Assembly: GCF_044704955.1 (NCBI RefSeq)
Contig: NC_091989.1
Location: 85,498,001-85,562,000 of the forward strand
Reading direction: 5' to 3'
DNA length: 64,000 nucleotides
From: Pristiophorus japonicus
Lineage: Eukaryota
The translations under genes were made by a program, and so were the position numbers. This document shows positions 24,827-38,150 of this stretch, in pieces. Position 1 is the stretch's first letter. Each line of letters starts with the position of its first letter. The notes below the pieces were generated by a model that saw only the letters and a program-made list of their open reading frames with translations, had not been told where the DNA came from and did no database searches.

Positions 24827-27800
24827 TGTCATGTATCTCACATTATTATATATAACTGTATCCTAACATGTTATACATGACTGTAATAAGATATGACCTG
24901 TAACCACCAGCATACCTTACCACCTGGGGTGCACTTGCAAGAGACAGGTAGATAAGGACAGGTCTCAGGCAAGTGCAGCATTCCAGAGCTGTGAAATAAA
25001 GGTGCAGGTCCAGAGTGACCTTGATTTCACTACATGCCTCGTGTGAATCTGTACTGAGGGGACAGGCCTTTACAGCGGCAACGGGTTACGGGATTACAGC
25101 ATCCAGCAAATGGCGAACAACGGATCAGATGAAAAGTACAATGCGGGAGACAATTGGGAGGACTTTATAGAAAGGCTCCAGCAAATCTTTGTAACCAAAG
25201 ACTGGTTCGGCGACGATAAGGCAGACAAGAGAAGAGCCCATCTCGTGACCAGCTGTGGCTCGAAAACATACGCTTTAATTAAGGATCTGTTGGCACCCGA
25301 GAAACCAGCAAGCAAGTTGTTTGAAGAATTGAGCACACTGGTAAGAGACCATCTGAAGCCAGCGGCCAGCCTACACATGGCCAAACACAGGTTCTACAAC
25401 TACAGACGCTGTGTGGACCAGAGCATACCCGACTTCATGGTGGAACTTCGGAGGTTGGCTCGTTTATGTGAGTTCTCCAATGAACTGAGGAAAGAAATGC
25501 TGAGAGACTTTTTAATTGAAGGAATAGGCCACGCAGGCATATTCCGAAAGCTCATAGAGACCAAGAACCTGACCTTAGAGGCAGCAGCACTGGTTGCACA
25601 GTCATTCTTGGTAGGGGAAGAAGAAACGAGGTTGATTTACAATGCAGGTACGGCAACTAACGAAATATGGGAAGAAGTTCACAGCACTAAACAAGGTGCT
25701 AGCCCCACACACAGACAAAACCGAGAGAAAAGGATCTCGACAGCAGGCAGAAGCCATCAAGCTGCTACCCCCACACACAGACTAAACCGGGAGAACAGGA
25801 TCTCGACAGCAGGCAGAAGCCATCAAGGGCCACAGGAACGGCCTTTCACACCTCATCAACCCACAATGCGAGCAATCAACTACAAACTGAGAGAAGTTCA
25901 AGAGAGATCAGCCAGACGCAGCTCATTCTTTGGGAAATCTTTGAACAATGGAACAGGTCTGTGCTGGAGGTGTGGGGGTGGGTACACGTCAAGGGAATGT
26001 CGATTTTAGCAGGCTGTTTGCAGAAATTGTAAATATACAGGGCATTTAGCCCGCATGTGCAAAAAAACGGCAGCTCGGCCGTATACGAATCAGATGGGGC
26101 GGAAAGCGGACCAGAAGATGATGGGGACAGTACCCGGGACACCGGTGTAAAGCGGGTCAACACGATCAATGGCCACTGCTCCTACAACAGGATGCCTCCT
26201 ACAATGATGAGGGTCCTACTCAATGGAATATCTGTCAACATGGAGCTAGATACGGGAGCGAGTCAATCTCTCATGGGCGTTCAACAATTTGAACAACTGT
26301 GGTCGCATAAAAGAGACAGACCAAAACTCACAAGAGTCGACACCACACTAAGGACCGATACCAAAGAAATCGTACCAGTCCTCGGCAGCGCCATGCTCTC
26401 TGTCACACACAAAGGGACAGTGAACCGACTTCCCCTGTCGATTGTCCCCGGAGACCCCCCAGCACTGCTGGGGAGAAGCTGGCTAGCAAAACTAAACTGG
26501 AAATGTGATTGATGTCCATGCCATGTATTTAGAGGAACGGACCTACTGCTCAAAAGTTATAAAGCGATTTGAACATCTATTTCAGCCAGGTATGGGCACT
26601 TTCAAAGGGCCAAAGTCAAAATCTACATCACACAGGATGCTAGGCCGGTCCATCACAAGGCCAGAGCTGTACACTATGTGATGAGGGAAAAGATTGAACA
26701 CGAACTAGACAGGCATCTGCGTGAAGGCACTTTATCACCTGTGGAATTTAGCGACTGGGCAAGTCCCATCGTCCCAGTCATGAAGCCTGATGGATCCGTA
26801 TGAATCTGTGGGGACTACAAATCTACCATAAACAGAGTCTCCCTACAGGACCAGTACCCGCTGCCCAGAGCGGAGGAATTGTTTGCCACATTGGCTGGAG
26901 GTAAACTTTTCTCAAAATTAGACCTCATATCTGCGTATATGACGCAAGAATTGACCGAGGAATCCAAGCTACTCACCACCCTCAACACACATTGAGGCCT
27001 TTTCATGTACAATCGATGTCCATTCGGCATCAGGTCGGCAGCTGCCATATTCCAGCGCAACATGGAGAGTCTGCTCAAGTCCATCCCGGGGATGGTTGTA
27101 TTTGAATACTTATCACAGGCAGGGACACTGACTCCCATCTCAGTAATTTGGAGGAGGTACTAAAGCGGTTGGATCGGGTAGGCCGATGAGTCAAGAAATC
27201 CAAGTGCCTGTTTCTCGCACCCGAGGTTGAATTTTTGGGCAGAAGGATTGCCGCTGATGGAATCCGCCCAACAGAGTCAAAAACAGAAGCAATTCGCCTG
27301 GCACCCAGGCCCCGGAATGTCTCAGAACTGTGCGCCTTTCTTGGGCTACTCAATTACTTTGGGAACTTTATGCAGAACTTAAGCACGCTGCTGGAGCCTC
27401 TCCACGTGCTACTCAGGAAAGGGTGCGATTGGTTTTGGGGGGATTCCCAGGAACGCGCCTTCAATAAGGCACACAACCTTCTGTGTTCCAACAGTGTTTT
27501 GACTTTCTTTGACCCAGATAAAAAAACTAGTTTTCACATGCGATGCGTCAGCGTATGGGGTTGGGTGCATTTTGCAACATGTCAATAGTGCTGGCAAATT
27601 ACAACCCATAGCTTATGCCTCCAGGTCACTTTCGCGGGCAGAGCGCAGGTACGGAATGGTGGAGAAGGAGGCGCTCGCGTGCGTGTACAGTGTCAACAAG
27701 ATGCACCAATACCTTTTCAGGGCCAAGTTCGCGTTAGAAACCGACCACAAGCCCCTCACGTCCCTCCTATCTGAGAGCAAGGCAATTATCGCCAATGCCT

Positions 27801-29613
27801 TGGCGCGAATTCAACGGTGGGAACTCATGCTGGCGCCCTACGACAACACAATAAGGAACAGACCAGGCACAGACAACTGTGCCGACGCACTCAGCAGGCT
27901 ACCCCTTGCGACCACGGAAGGGTTTGACGAACAGGACTGTGAGATAGTCATGGCAATCAATGCCTTTGAGTCCACAGGTTCGCAATATGACGGCTCACCA
28001 AATAAGAGCCTGGACGGCCAGCGACCTCACATTATCCTTAGTAAAAAGATGTGTCCTAACCGGTAACTGGGCAGAGGCTCGCGATGCCTGCCCCAAGGAA
28101 TTAAAACCCTTTCACAGGCGTATGCATGAGCTATCACTACAAGTAGACTGCCTGATGTGGGGCAGCCAAGTAGTCATGCCTCTGCGAGGCAGAGAGGCAT
28201 TTGTCCGGGAGCTCCACCGCTCTCATGAAGGCAATAGCCAGATCCCACGTCTGGTGGCCTGGTATTGATGCGGACTTGGAGCTCTGCGTCCGAAGGTGCA
28301 CCATTTGTGCCCAACTCAGCAATGACCCCAGGGAGGCTCCACTGAGCCCCTGGCCCTGGCCTACCAAACCGTGGTCGCAGGTGCACTAGACTATGCGGGC
28401 CCATTCATGGGCAAAATTTTCCTCGTAGTTGTAGATGCATTTTCAAAGTGGAACAATTGCACCATTTTAAACTCGAGCACAACCTCCACAACCGTGGAGA
28501 GCCTCGCAACCATGTTTGCAATGCACGGAATCCCAGACACATTGGTCAGTAACAATGGTCCGTGCTTCACCAGCGCAGAATTCTAAGATTTTATAATTGA
28601 CCACGGCATAAATCACATCAAGACGGCATCGTTCAAGCCGGCTTCCAACGGCCAGGTGGAGAGAGCAGTGCAAATCATTAAACAAGTCATGCTTAAAATC
28701 CAAGGTCCCACGCTGCAGGACGCCTTTCACGACTGCTGCTGGCATACAGATCTCATCCGCACTCATTGACTGGGATCCCCCCACGCAATTGTTGATGAAA
28801 AGGACTTTAAACACAAGGCTCTCATCAATCCTCCCAGACGTGCACGAAATCATATAGGCAAAGCACCATAAGCTGACTGAGTACCATGAGAGAAATTCGA
28901 GGGGGAGATGGAATGAGATAGGGGACAAAGTGTTTGTACTAAACTAAGGCAGGGAGTCCAAAATGGCTTGCAGGGACAGGAACAGGCAAGGAAGGAAACA
29001 GGCTACTGGTAGTACAAATGGACAATGGCAAAACCTGCCGGAGGCATGTAGACCAAGTCAAAAGCATATTTACCAACAACACTGCGGAACCAGAGGCAGG
29101 CTACAATGTGGAACTTGCACCACACCTGATGGACAGACAGAGGGAACAACCTGAGGAAAGGGCAATCCCAACAGACAGCCCAGGCAAGTCAACAGCAATC
29201 ACACCAATCGAAACAGACAGCCCAGGCGAGATACCAGCAACCACACCAAAAGAAAAACAGACACCAAGGCAAACAACTGATCCACAACTCAGACGCTCCA
29301 CGTGAGAGCGTAGACCACCTGAGAGACTGAACCTATAACGACAATAAGACCTTAGGGGAGGATGATGTCATATATCTTACATTATTATATATAACTGTAT
29401 CCTAACATGCTAAACATGACTGTAATAAGATATGACCTGTAACCACCAGCATACCTTACAACCAGGGCTGCACTTGCAGGAGACAGGTATATAAGGATAG
29501 GTTTCAGGCAAGTGCAGCATTCCAGAGCTATGAAATAAAGGTGCAGGTCCAGGGTGACCTTGACTCCACTACATGCCTCGTGTGAATCTGTACTGAGGGG
29601 ACAGGACTTAACA
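24827..29613 (+). mobile_element. Full-length Ty3/Gypsy (Mag-like) LTR retrotransposon 2
   Basis: Two 248-bp LTRs (24827-25074, 29366-29613, TG...CA), degenerate PBS gcggcaacggg, PPT aggggagga, imperfect TSD ctttt/cgttt. Confidence 0.95.
25110..29337 (+). pseudogene. Disrupted gag-pol of Gypsy element 2 (gag open for 299 aa)
   Basis: Gag DNWEDFIERL with zinc knuckles CWRCG.../CRNCKYTGHLARMC (stop between them), protease MELDTGASQS, RNase H CDASAYGVG/LETDHKPL, integrase DYAGPF...SNNGPCFTS. The RT QDD codons appear deleted near 27100. Confidence 0.92.
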
Positions 29614-31899
29614 CGTTTGGAAAATGTTCACCAATGCATCAACTATTTCTAGGGCCACTTGGAATGCAGACTATCAGGCCTTGGGGAATTATCGGCCTTC
29701 AATCCCATCAATTTCCCTAACACCAATTCATAAGTAATAAGGATTTCTGTCAGCACTTCCTTCTCGCTATATCCTCTGTCCCCTAGTATTTCTGGAAGCT
29801 TATTCATGTGAGGATCACACACAAAAATTTGCAAAAGGACATATACAGGCTAAGTAAGTGGGCAGAAATTTGGCAGATGGAGTATAATGCTGGAAGATGT
29901 GAGGTCATGCACTTTGGCAGAAAATAACCATTTAACAATGTATTACTTAAATGAAGAAAGATTGCAATGTGCTGCAATGCAGCGGTATGTATGGGCACTT
30001 GTGCATGAAACACAAGAGGATAATATGCAGGTAGAGAAAGTGATCAGGAAGGCTAATGGAATCTTAGCCTTTATTGCAAAGGGGATGGAATATAAAAGCA
30101 GGAAATTATTTCTATAGTTATACAGGGTATTGATGAGTTCACACCTGGAATACTGCGTGCAGTTTTGGTTTCCATAGTTAGGAATGGATATACTTGCTTT
30201 GGAGACAGTTCAGAGAAGGTTCACTAGGTTGCTTGAAGAAATGAGGGAATTGACTTATGAGGAAAGGTTGACTAGGTTGGGCCTCTACTCATTGGAATTC
30301 AGAAGAATTAGAGCTGATCTTATCGAGACGTACAAGATTATGAGCAGGCTTGACAAGGAGGATGCAGAATCGATGTTTCCACTGATAGGGGAGATTAGAA
30401 CTAGAGGGCGTTATCTTAGAATTAGGGGCTGCCCATTTAAAACAGAGATGAGGAGACATTACTTCCTTCTGGTGCTTATGGATCTGTGGAATTCGCTGCC
30501 TCAGAGAGCTCTGGAAGCTGGGACATTGAATAAATTTAAGCCAGAAATAGACAGTTTCTTAAACGATTAGGGAATAAGGGTTATGGGGAGCGGGAAGGGA
30601 AGTGGATCTGAGTCCATGATCCTATCAGCAATGATCGTATTAAATGGTGGAGCAGGCTCCACGGGCCGTATGGCCTACTCCTGCTTCTATTTCTTATGTC
30701 CTTATGTTCTGATGTCTTGTGTTCACAATGCGAGAAAAACGCGATAAAATTAAGAAAGCTGTTTTGCAAGCATATCTGCAAGATTTAAAAGTAATATTAC
30801 AATTGCATTTTAGCGCTGAATAGAAAAACATCATTATGAATATTGGAATAACCCCGCAAACAATTAACTGATTAGCACAATGTGACACAAATTATATTCA
30901 GCAGTGGGGAAATTAATGTGTGGGCGTGCTGCTCAAAGCCAATTCTGAAGTAATATACGTCCAGGAAGTAGATGACCTTTCCAGTGTGTGGTTTGTTCCA
31001 CTAGGCTTGTAAGCCTTATCAAGTACTGATTAAACCACACGCGCATTGTTAAAAGCAAAGGAAGTTATTTATTACCTCGGCCCACTGCAGTAGCAGTCTA
31101 AGTATAAAATTATACCGTTGATTGCAACATCATGGAAACATACCGTTTGCCTATTAGGTATCATGAGATAGCACAAATATATTCGCATTTAATAGCGACC
31201 TACTTTCAATGTATTTTTTTCCATGACCCACTACCTGTAAAGTATATGCTGCTTCAGATCTGAATTCTCTTGCTTCTATCATCCTACAAATAGCCACACT
31301 TTTTTTAAAGATCGAAGTTCCACAACACCACACCATCTCCTCAGTTTGTCCTTTTGTGGAGGCACTAACCTATGTATTTTACTGGTTAACTGAAGATTTG
31401 CTTTACAAGGTCGCAACAGGGCAGGTACTGAGCACAGTTTGTTCTAGTATCGCATTTATATTTCTTACAATGTAAATAATTTTCAGCAGAAATTATATTG
31501 AACAAGTTACAAATTGTTACTTGGTTCGCTCAGATATTTTCTAAACAATGTCCAAAAAATGCAAATATGGTGAAGCTTATAACATTGAATGACTTCATAC
31601 TTCTTTGCTACAAAGATACACAACGCGTGTTATTTGGAGTGAAAAACACTAGAGATCGTCATTACCATTTATTTACCAACTCCATCGAGCTAAAAACCTA
31701 AGATCGTTCACTTTAATTCCTTCAGTGATGTTGTAGGATTTTAATATTTTCTGGGCCACAATTTGCAACGGGCTCTCCAATAATTATGTCACTATTCCCG
31801 TTAACCTTCCAGTTTTTTTCCAGTTAAGAAACCTATACTATGTAATCGAGACTTCCACATTATTTATTATATATCTTCTATTCTAGATTTACTGAATGG

Positions 31900-32330
31900 C
31901 ATCACCAAAGAGGTCTATCGGGTTATGTGGAGAGATTAAAAGAATGGGAATGTTAACAACAGAGCAGAGAAGGTTGATGGGAGATGCAATAGATTCAACA
32001 GCAAGTTCAAAACGTTTAGTTAAGTGTACATAGGTATATACTATTTCCACTGGCAGGAGAGGCCGCTAAAGAACTAGGGGGAGATGATAAAAACATATTT
32101 GTATAGTGCGTTGGATGCTGTGCAATGTACTGCCTGAAAGGCTGATGGAGGTACATTCAATCGTAACTTTCTAAGGTTAAATCGATGAAAACATGAAAAG
32201 GAACAAGTTTTGCAGGGATTTGGGGAAAAGGCCAGCAGAGTGGCATTAATTAGATAGGTCTTTGAAAGAGCCAGTCGCAGGACCATCGGCCGAATCGCAT
32301 ATTTATTTGTTGTAACATTCTATTATTCTG
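31900..32330 (+). mobile_element. Old CR1 3' fragment
   Basis: EQRRL(M)GD-like motif; tail cattctattattctgtga. Confidence 0.55.
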
Positions 32331-35285
32331 TGAATATCCAGAAGTGAACTGATGCATTTAATACTGTTAGATGAACACAGTACCCTCTAATCTCTATGCA
32401 AGCTCTTTATCCCTCTTATTGCCCTTTCCAGTTCTCCTCTGCACTGTCTATATTCTGCTTGGTCATTGGATATTGAACGTGGTATTAATCATCAGTCTTT
32501 TGTCTGTTTCACTAGAATCTCCATTGTTTTAGCGCACCAGGGAGCATTAGCTTTTAATTCCATTCGTTCCTCCTGATGGGAATGTCTTTATTCTGTATCC
32601 AACGTAAATCCTGCTTGAAGGTCCCTCATTGCTCAATTACTATTGTACGTGAGACTCTCGTCCATTGTATGTATATATCAACCTAATTGAGCTGTAGTCA
32701 TAATGAGGATTCCCGTGCAACACATATTTCATATACCGCTTTCTAAAATAACCGGTCTAGTTACTAGCTCTATCTTCCTGAAATTTGCGATTTTCTGTAA
32801 AAATATCATTACAATTATGTTAGGAGTTTTCAGTTATAATTTCAAGTCCAATTTCGTTATGGTCGCTACTCCATTCCCCTTCTATCACACAAATGTCTCA
32901 CTTAATGCAATTTTTGCCAGATCTGCAATTAACGCTTCCTTTGAACGCTTTCATTGTTGGAGTATAATAGACTGAAGAGGGAAATAGTCCTGGGTACATT
33001 GTCGTAATCTCAATTATCTTTTCCATTTAAATTAATTTCCCTGCTATCTGCATTTACATATTTAACGTTGCCACTCATTATGATCCTGATTTTGCTACAC
33101 TTTCTCAAACACTACACATCCCTTCCTTTAATTGTTACACAATTTCGACATCAACCTTATACTCTCGTGCGGTCGTGGAATACTTGATTATTCTGCCAAT
33201 AATGTTTAACACTGAGCCTTTCGATAGTGAAGACAGCATCTCTAAACATGCTAAGTTAACACACATCCTTCAGCATTTTGTGACTGGTTTATCCAATTTT
33301 ATTGAAATTGTATGTATAATTAATTAACCGCTGAAGTTATGTGTTTTGCAAAGTTACATGTAATGTTTCCTACATTTTTATTGTCTTATTTATGCTTGCT
33401 AGACCCTATCAAAATGTCATTCTAATTTTTGCTTCAACTTCTGGTTTAATTCTCCCCGCACATTAGTGCAAATCTACCCACAACGCGACCTACTCTCCCA
33501 GTGTGTATATTCATGGCAGCTTTGTTCTGGTGGCGCTCATTTGGCCTGTGCATATTAGAAGATCGGCTTCTAATATTACTGAAGTCTGAGTTTGTGCCAT
33601 CTACATCATCTCACCCTGCACGCACATGCCATATCTTATTTTTGCCACACGTAATAGTGAATGGAGTAATTAGTAAATGACTGTATTTGCGGCCCTGCTT
33701 TTAGATCGGCACCGAATTCGTGATATTCTGATTTCTTGCTGCTAGTCTTCCTTCAGCAGAATATTTTGCTGCTGCTCCATAATATCGATTACATTAGCCT
33801 GTGAGTTGAAATAGCACATTTGGGACACGGCTCTCATGTAATTATGGGAAATACTTTAAACTAACTCCAATTTTGCACTACATCTGATACTGATTGCGCA
33901 ACAGTTGACACTAGCCTGTTGAATGTGTGTCTGTCAATTTAAAAAGTCTCCAGCATGGCCTGAACTGCCTCACCTCTCCTCTTTCTCACTGAAAGAAAAA
34001 CTCACTATTTCACTTTTCACTAACTCACTGTGCCTGTGGAGTGATTGAATCCTGGTATGTGTGCTACACAATATCTTGCCTTACAAGATGTGATTGCAGG
34101 TCCCAGCTTTTACTCAAGGTCAGATATTTTCCACTCGAGTGCAAGCTGTGCTCGACGCATGCTGCATATGTAATCATCTGGGACGCATGCCCTATCCCAA
34201 CACTTCATAATGCTCAGAGATCAGACGTGTCACATTTCAGCGGTCGCCCATAAAAAAACAGAATCGTTTGTGCAAACATCAATGAACTTAAACAGAATCT
34301 CGTGGTTTATCGCTTAAATATAATTTTGAACACCAAAACTGAACTCCGTTGAGACTGGTTATCTACACGCTTCCTGCTGTGTACAGTTTTGTACCTGGTC
34401 AGCACTAATTAGTCGCTATTACACTGAAGGTGATCAATTAGCTGAAAGTTACATCTCTTCATTTTGACAAAAGTGCAAGATGCCACACGAAAGTTAAGGC
34501 AATTATTGCACAGCAGATCGCACAACCTACTAAGTCATTCAAATTATGTATCACCAACTCTAGCCAGACCAAAATCCAAAAATTTATCATGCAGTTCCCA
34601 GAGTTCAACAGCAAAATAAAATTCAACGAAAAAAAAATGTGCTGAAATAAACGTGTGGGAAAGCAGCATTGGCCGCACTGAAGCTAACGGCGCATTACCC
34701 AGGCAGCTTTAACTTTGTTGGTCACTTGCTGCTCAGTTAAACTGTTTTTTTTTGTTTCAGCCTGCATAGATCTCAAAGCACAACTTATTCTAAAAGCGAT
34801 TATTTTGCAATAGGAGACTGGCCATATATTTGCATTTCAATTGTAAGCAACATAGCAAATGATGGAGAAATACAATCTTTTGGAAAGAATGGCTTTCAGA
34901 CCCGCCCAAAAGCTTTCGCTGTCTTGTGTTGCAACATTTAGTCTGAACAGGCGATGATATTCAGATATCATTTACCCATTTGAAATCTTCAGCTTTCTCA
35001 CTTCTCTACATGGTCACAATCGACAATTTTGCACTTACAACTTGGCCAGTTCGCTGAATACTATTATTCCTATCACTGCAAGCAACGGTGGGAGGCTAGC
35101 TGTAGTTGGCAGTCAATAATCAGACCCAGCTAAAGTACGTCAACAGATTTAAATTTCCAAAGCAAATATTTTGATCAACTGTTTCATGTAGAAATCATAT
35201 TTAACTGACATAGCGGTTACAGGGTTTACCAGGTTGGCTTTTGTTTTATTTCAGCCAAATTCCCCTGCTTCTGATTTTTCAAACC

Positions 35286-35340
35286 ATGCAAAGGTCACAA
35301 TTACGACACATTGCAGCACTTTATTTCTTTCATTGCACGG
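35286..35340 (+). CDS. IgSF receptor gene, leader exon (MQRSQLRHIAALYFFHCT-G)
   Basis: aaaccATG Kozak context, 18 codons + 1 nt, donor G|gtgatt in phase 1 joins in frame to the V exon, giving a plausible signal peptide ...HCTGFGDA. Confidence 0.7.
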
Positions 35341-35662
35341 GTGATTTCTACTTGTGGTTTCACACGTCATTACTTCATGGTGTAAAGCAGATTAGCTGCA
35401 AATATGTGGATATAAAAGCATCTGAGTTTCTTGTTGATTGGCTGAAAATAATTATTTTCTTTGTTTAATATGTCTCTGCGCATTGTGCTTCAGTGCATCG
35501 TGGTCCTGGGGATTATCTCCACAAGTATTTTCCGCAATCACCATTTTTAATGCTACTTTTTGTGCATTTTCTGCCCGTCTATACATCTTCATGTGTCATG
35601 CATTTCCCGTCAAGTTTCATATGTTTAATTAATGTCTGCATGTTTTTAATTTTCTTTGTTAG

Positions 35663-35980
35663 GTTTTGGCGATGCCATCTTCCAAGTGACCCAAAGCCCG
35701 CAGCACAAGATTGTGAGGGTCGGCGGAAATATTACCTTCGCTTGTGCATTCCCTCCTTTTCCAGATAATTCAGAAGTGAATGTTTTCTGGTGGAGATTCG
35801 ACAAAAGTATATATCTGCAACGCGGCTCGGACAAGCGAAAACAGTATTTCATCAGGAAAGGGCAAGGCTCCTTGCAGATCCTCGATATCCGTTTCCAGGA
35901 TGCTGGGGTTTATTACTGCGGAGTAATCCAACAAGGAAACACGATTATAAACGGAACTGGATCAACGCTTGTTGTCCACG
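35663..35980 (+). CDS. IgSF receptor gene, germline VJ-type V-domain exon
   Basis: Acceptor ttttctttgttag, donor G|gtaagt, phase 1/1. Motifs VTQSP, B-strand Cys (ITFAC), Trp (VFWWR), LQILDIRFQDAGVYYC, J-like GTGSTLVV. Confidence 0.95.
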
Positions 35981-36463
35981 GTAAGTTATATTGCAGGGAA
36001 TTATCTCACATGTAATATATAACGGAAAACATGAATAAGTGAGGTAAAATGATTTGTTGTTGATTTTTTACATTTTGTGAGCTGTACATTAATCCTCAAT
36101 GTTCACGATAAAATTCTAAATGAAATACTTTCAGCGCACACAATGTAATCATAAACATGAAGCACAGTATAGTATTTATTTTAACTGTTTCATGTTGGTT
36201 TTGATGTAGGCAATGTACAGAGATTGCGAAATAATTTGAAAATAGTTTAATAAGGTTTTGACGGGAAGTATCTAAATCCGCTCTGATTGGCACTGCATAT
36301 ATTTGTATCGACGTGTTTCTGAAGAAAGTATTATATTGCGTACATTCAGGCGATCTTTTAAGTTCTGTTATCGATAAATGACTTACATCTTTATCGATCG
36401 TGAGGAGCCTTTTAGGAACTTTCTCAAACGCCAGATGCAATTTGAGGGTTTTTGTTGAGCGGC

Positions 36464-38150
36464 ACATATAATCATAGAATTATAGAAATTTGGAGCATAG
36501 AAGGAGGCAATTTCAGCACATCCTTTCCGCGCCGGCTATCCAAGAGCTATCCAGCCGAATGCCACTTAATCGGTAGCCCTGTCGGTTACGGCACTTTAAG
36601 TACACATCCAAGTATTTTTTAAATGTGGTGAAGCATTCTGCCTCTACCACCTTTTTAGGCAGTGAGTTCGAAAACCCCACCACACTCTGGGTAATGGAAA
36701 TTCCCCTAATATCCCCTCTATACCTCTCTGCAAACACTTTAAATCTATGCCCCCATATTTGTTGAACTCTCTGGCAAAGGAAACAGGCCCTTCCTATCGA
36801 CTCTGTGCAAGCCCTTCATAATCTTATACACCTCAACCAGGTCTGCACTCTGCCTCCTCTGTTCCAAAGAAAACAGACCGAGCTTCTCCCATCTTACCTC
36901 ATAGCCAAAATTATTCAGTTCACGCAACATTCTTGTAAATCTCCTTTGCACCCATTTCAATGCAATCACATCTTTCCTGTAATATGGTGACAAGTGCAGC
37001 AAACAATACTCTAGCTACAGTCTAACCAGTTCAAGCATATGGTCCTTGCTCTTATATTCCATGGCTCGACTAATAAGACAATTCTTCCATATGCCTTTTA
37101 ACGACCTTATCTAACTGGCCTACTACATTCAGGGATCTGTGCACCTGCACTCGAAGGTCCCTTTGTTCCTCTACACTGTTCAGTGTTGTACAATTTAATG
37201 TGCATTCCCTTGCCTTGCTAGACCTCGCCAAATCCGTTAACCCATGTTATTCGAATTGAGTTTCATTTGCCGCTGTTCTGCCGACCTGACCAGTACATTA
37301 ATATCTTCCTGCAGTACGCAGCTTTCTTCTTCATTATTAACCACACAGCCAATTTCAGTGTGAAATGCAAACTTCTTAATCATAGCCCCAACATTCAGGT
37401 CCAAATGATTGATATATACAACAAGAAGCAAGGGATCCAGCACTGAGCCATGAGGAGGCCCACTGGATAATGCCTTCTCATCACAAAAACACCTATTAAC
37501 CATTACCATTTGCTTCCTGCCTCTGAACTAACTTTGCATCCAACTTGTCACATTTCCCTGGTTCCCTTGCCCATTAACTTTCATGATTAGTCTGCCAGTT
37601 GGGACCTTATCGAAAGCTTTGCTGAAATAAACATACATTACATCATACGCATTGTCCTCATTGATCCTCGTGGTCATCTCCTCGAAAAATGTAATCAAGT
37701 TATTCAGACACGAACTTCCCTTAACAAATCTATTTTAACAGTTGTTGATTAATTCATGACATTCCAAATGAAGATTTATTCTATCCCTCAGGATTTTTCC
37801 CAATAATATTCCCACCACTGAGGATAGGCTGACTGGCCTGTGATTATTCGGTCTATATCTTTCTCTCCTTTTAAACAGATTTTAAACATTAGCAGCTCTC
37901 CTGTCCTCTGGCACAACATCTCTAGGTAGTGAGGACTGGAAAATGAATGTCAGACCCTCTTTAGCTTCTCTGAAGAGCCAGTGATACATTTCATCTGGAC
38001 CCAGGGATTTATCAACTTTTAAAGCTGCTAAGCCCCTGACTACTTCCACTCTCACTATGTTTATCTCTTCTAATATTAAACACTCCTCCCCCCTCAGTGC
38101 AATATCAGATGCACAGTATTCATTAAAAATCTTTCCCGCATCATCTTCCT
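36464..38150 (-). mobile_element. CR1 3' portion in intron 2
   Basis: Tail catagaattatagaa; VQRRFTRML, GPPHGSVL, KSLGPDEMY motifs. Confidence 0.85.

Larger units (their letters stand above)
23344..29806 (-). mobile_element. CR1 (minus strand) inserted in the previous CR1 and itself split by Gypsy element 2 (own sequence 23344-24826 and 29614-29806)
   Basis: Tail catagaaaatagttgcaggagtagg at about 23350; FADDTKLGG, MRPHLEYYVQFW; sequence on both sides of the Gypsy is colinear with the full CR1 near 49640. Confidence 0.88.
22990..30724 (+). mobile_element. CR1 RT/3' fragment split by nested insertions (own sequence about 22990-23343 and 29807-30724)
   Basis: YLDIQKAFDKVPH...TKMGGK before the break; resumes ...KNLQKDIYRLSKW, EFRRIRADLIE; tail ttcttatgtccttatgttct. 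Confidence 0.85.
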
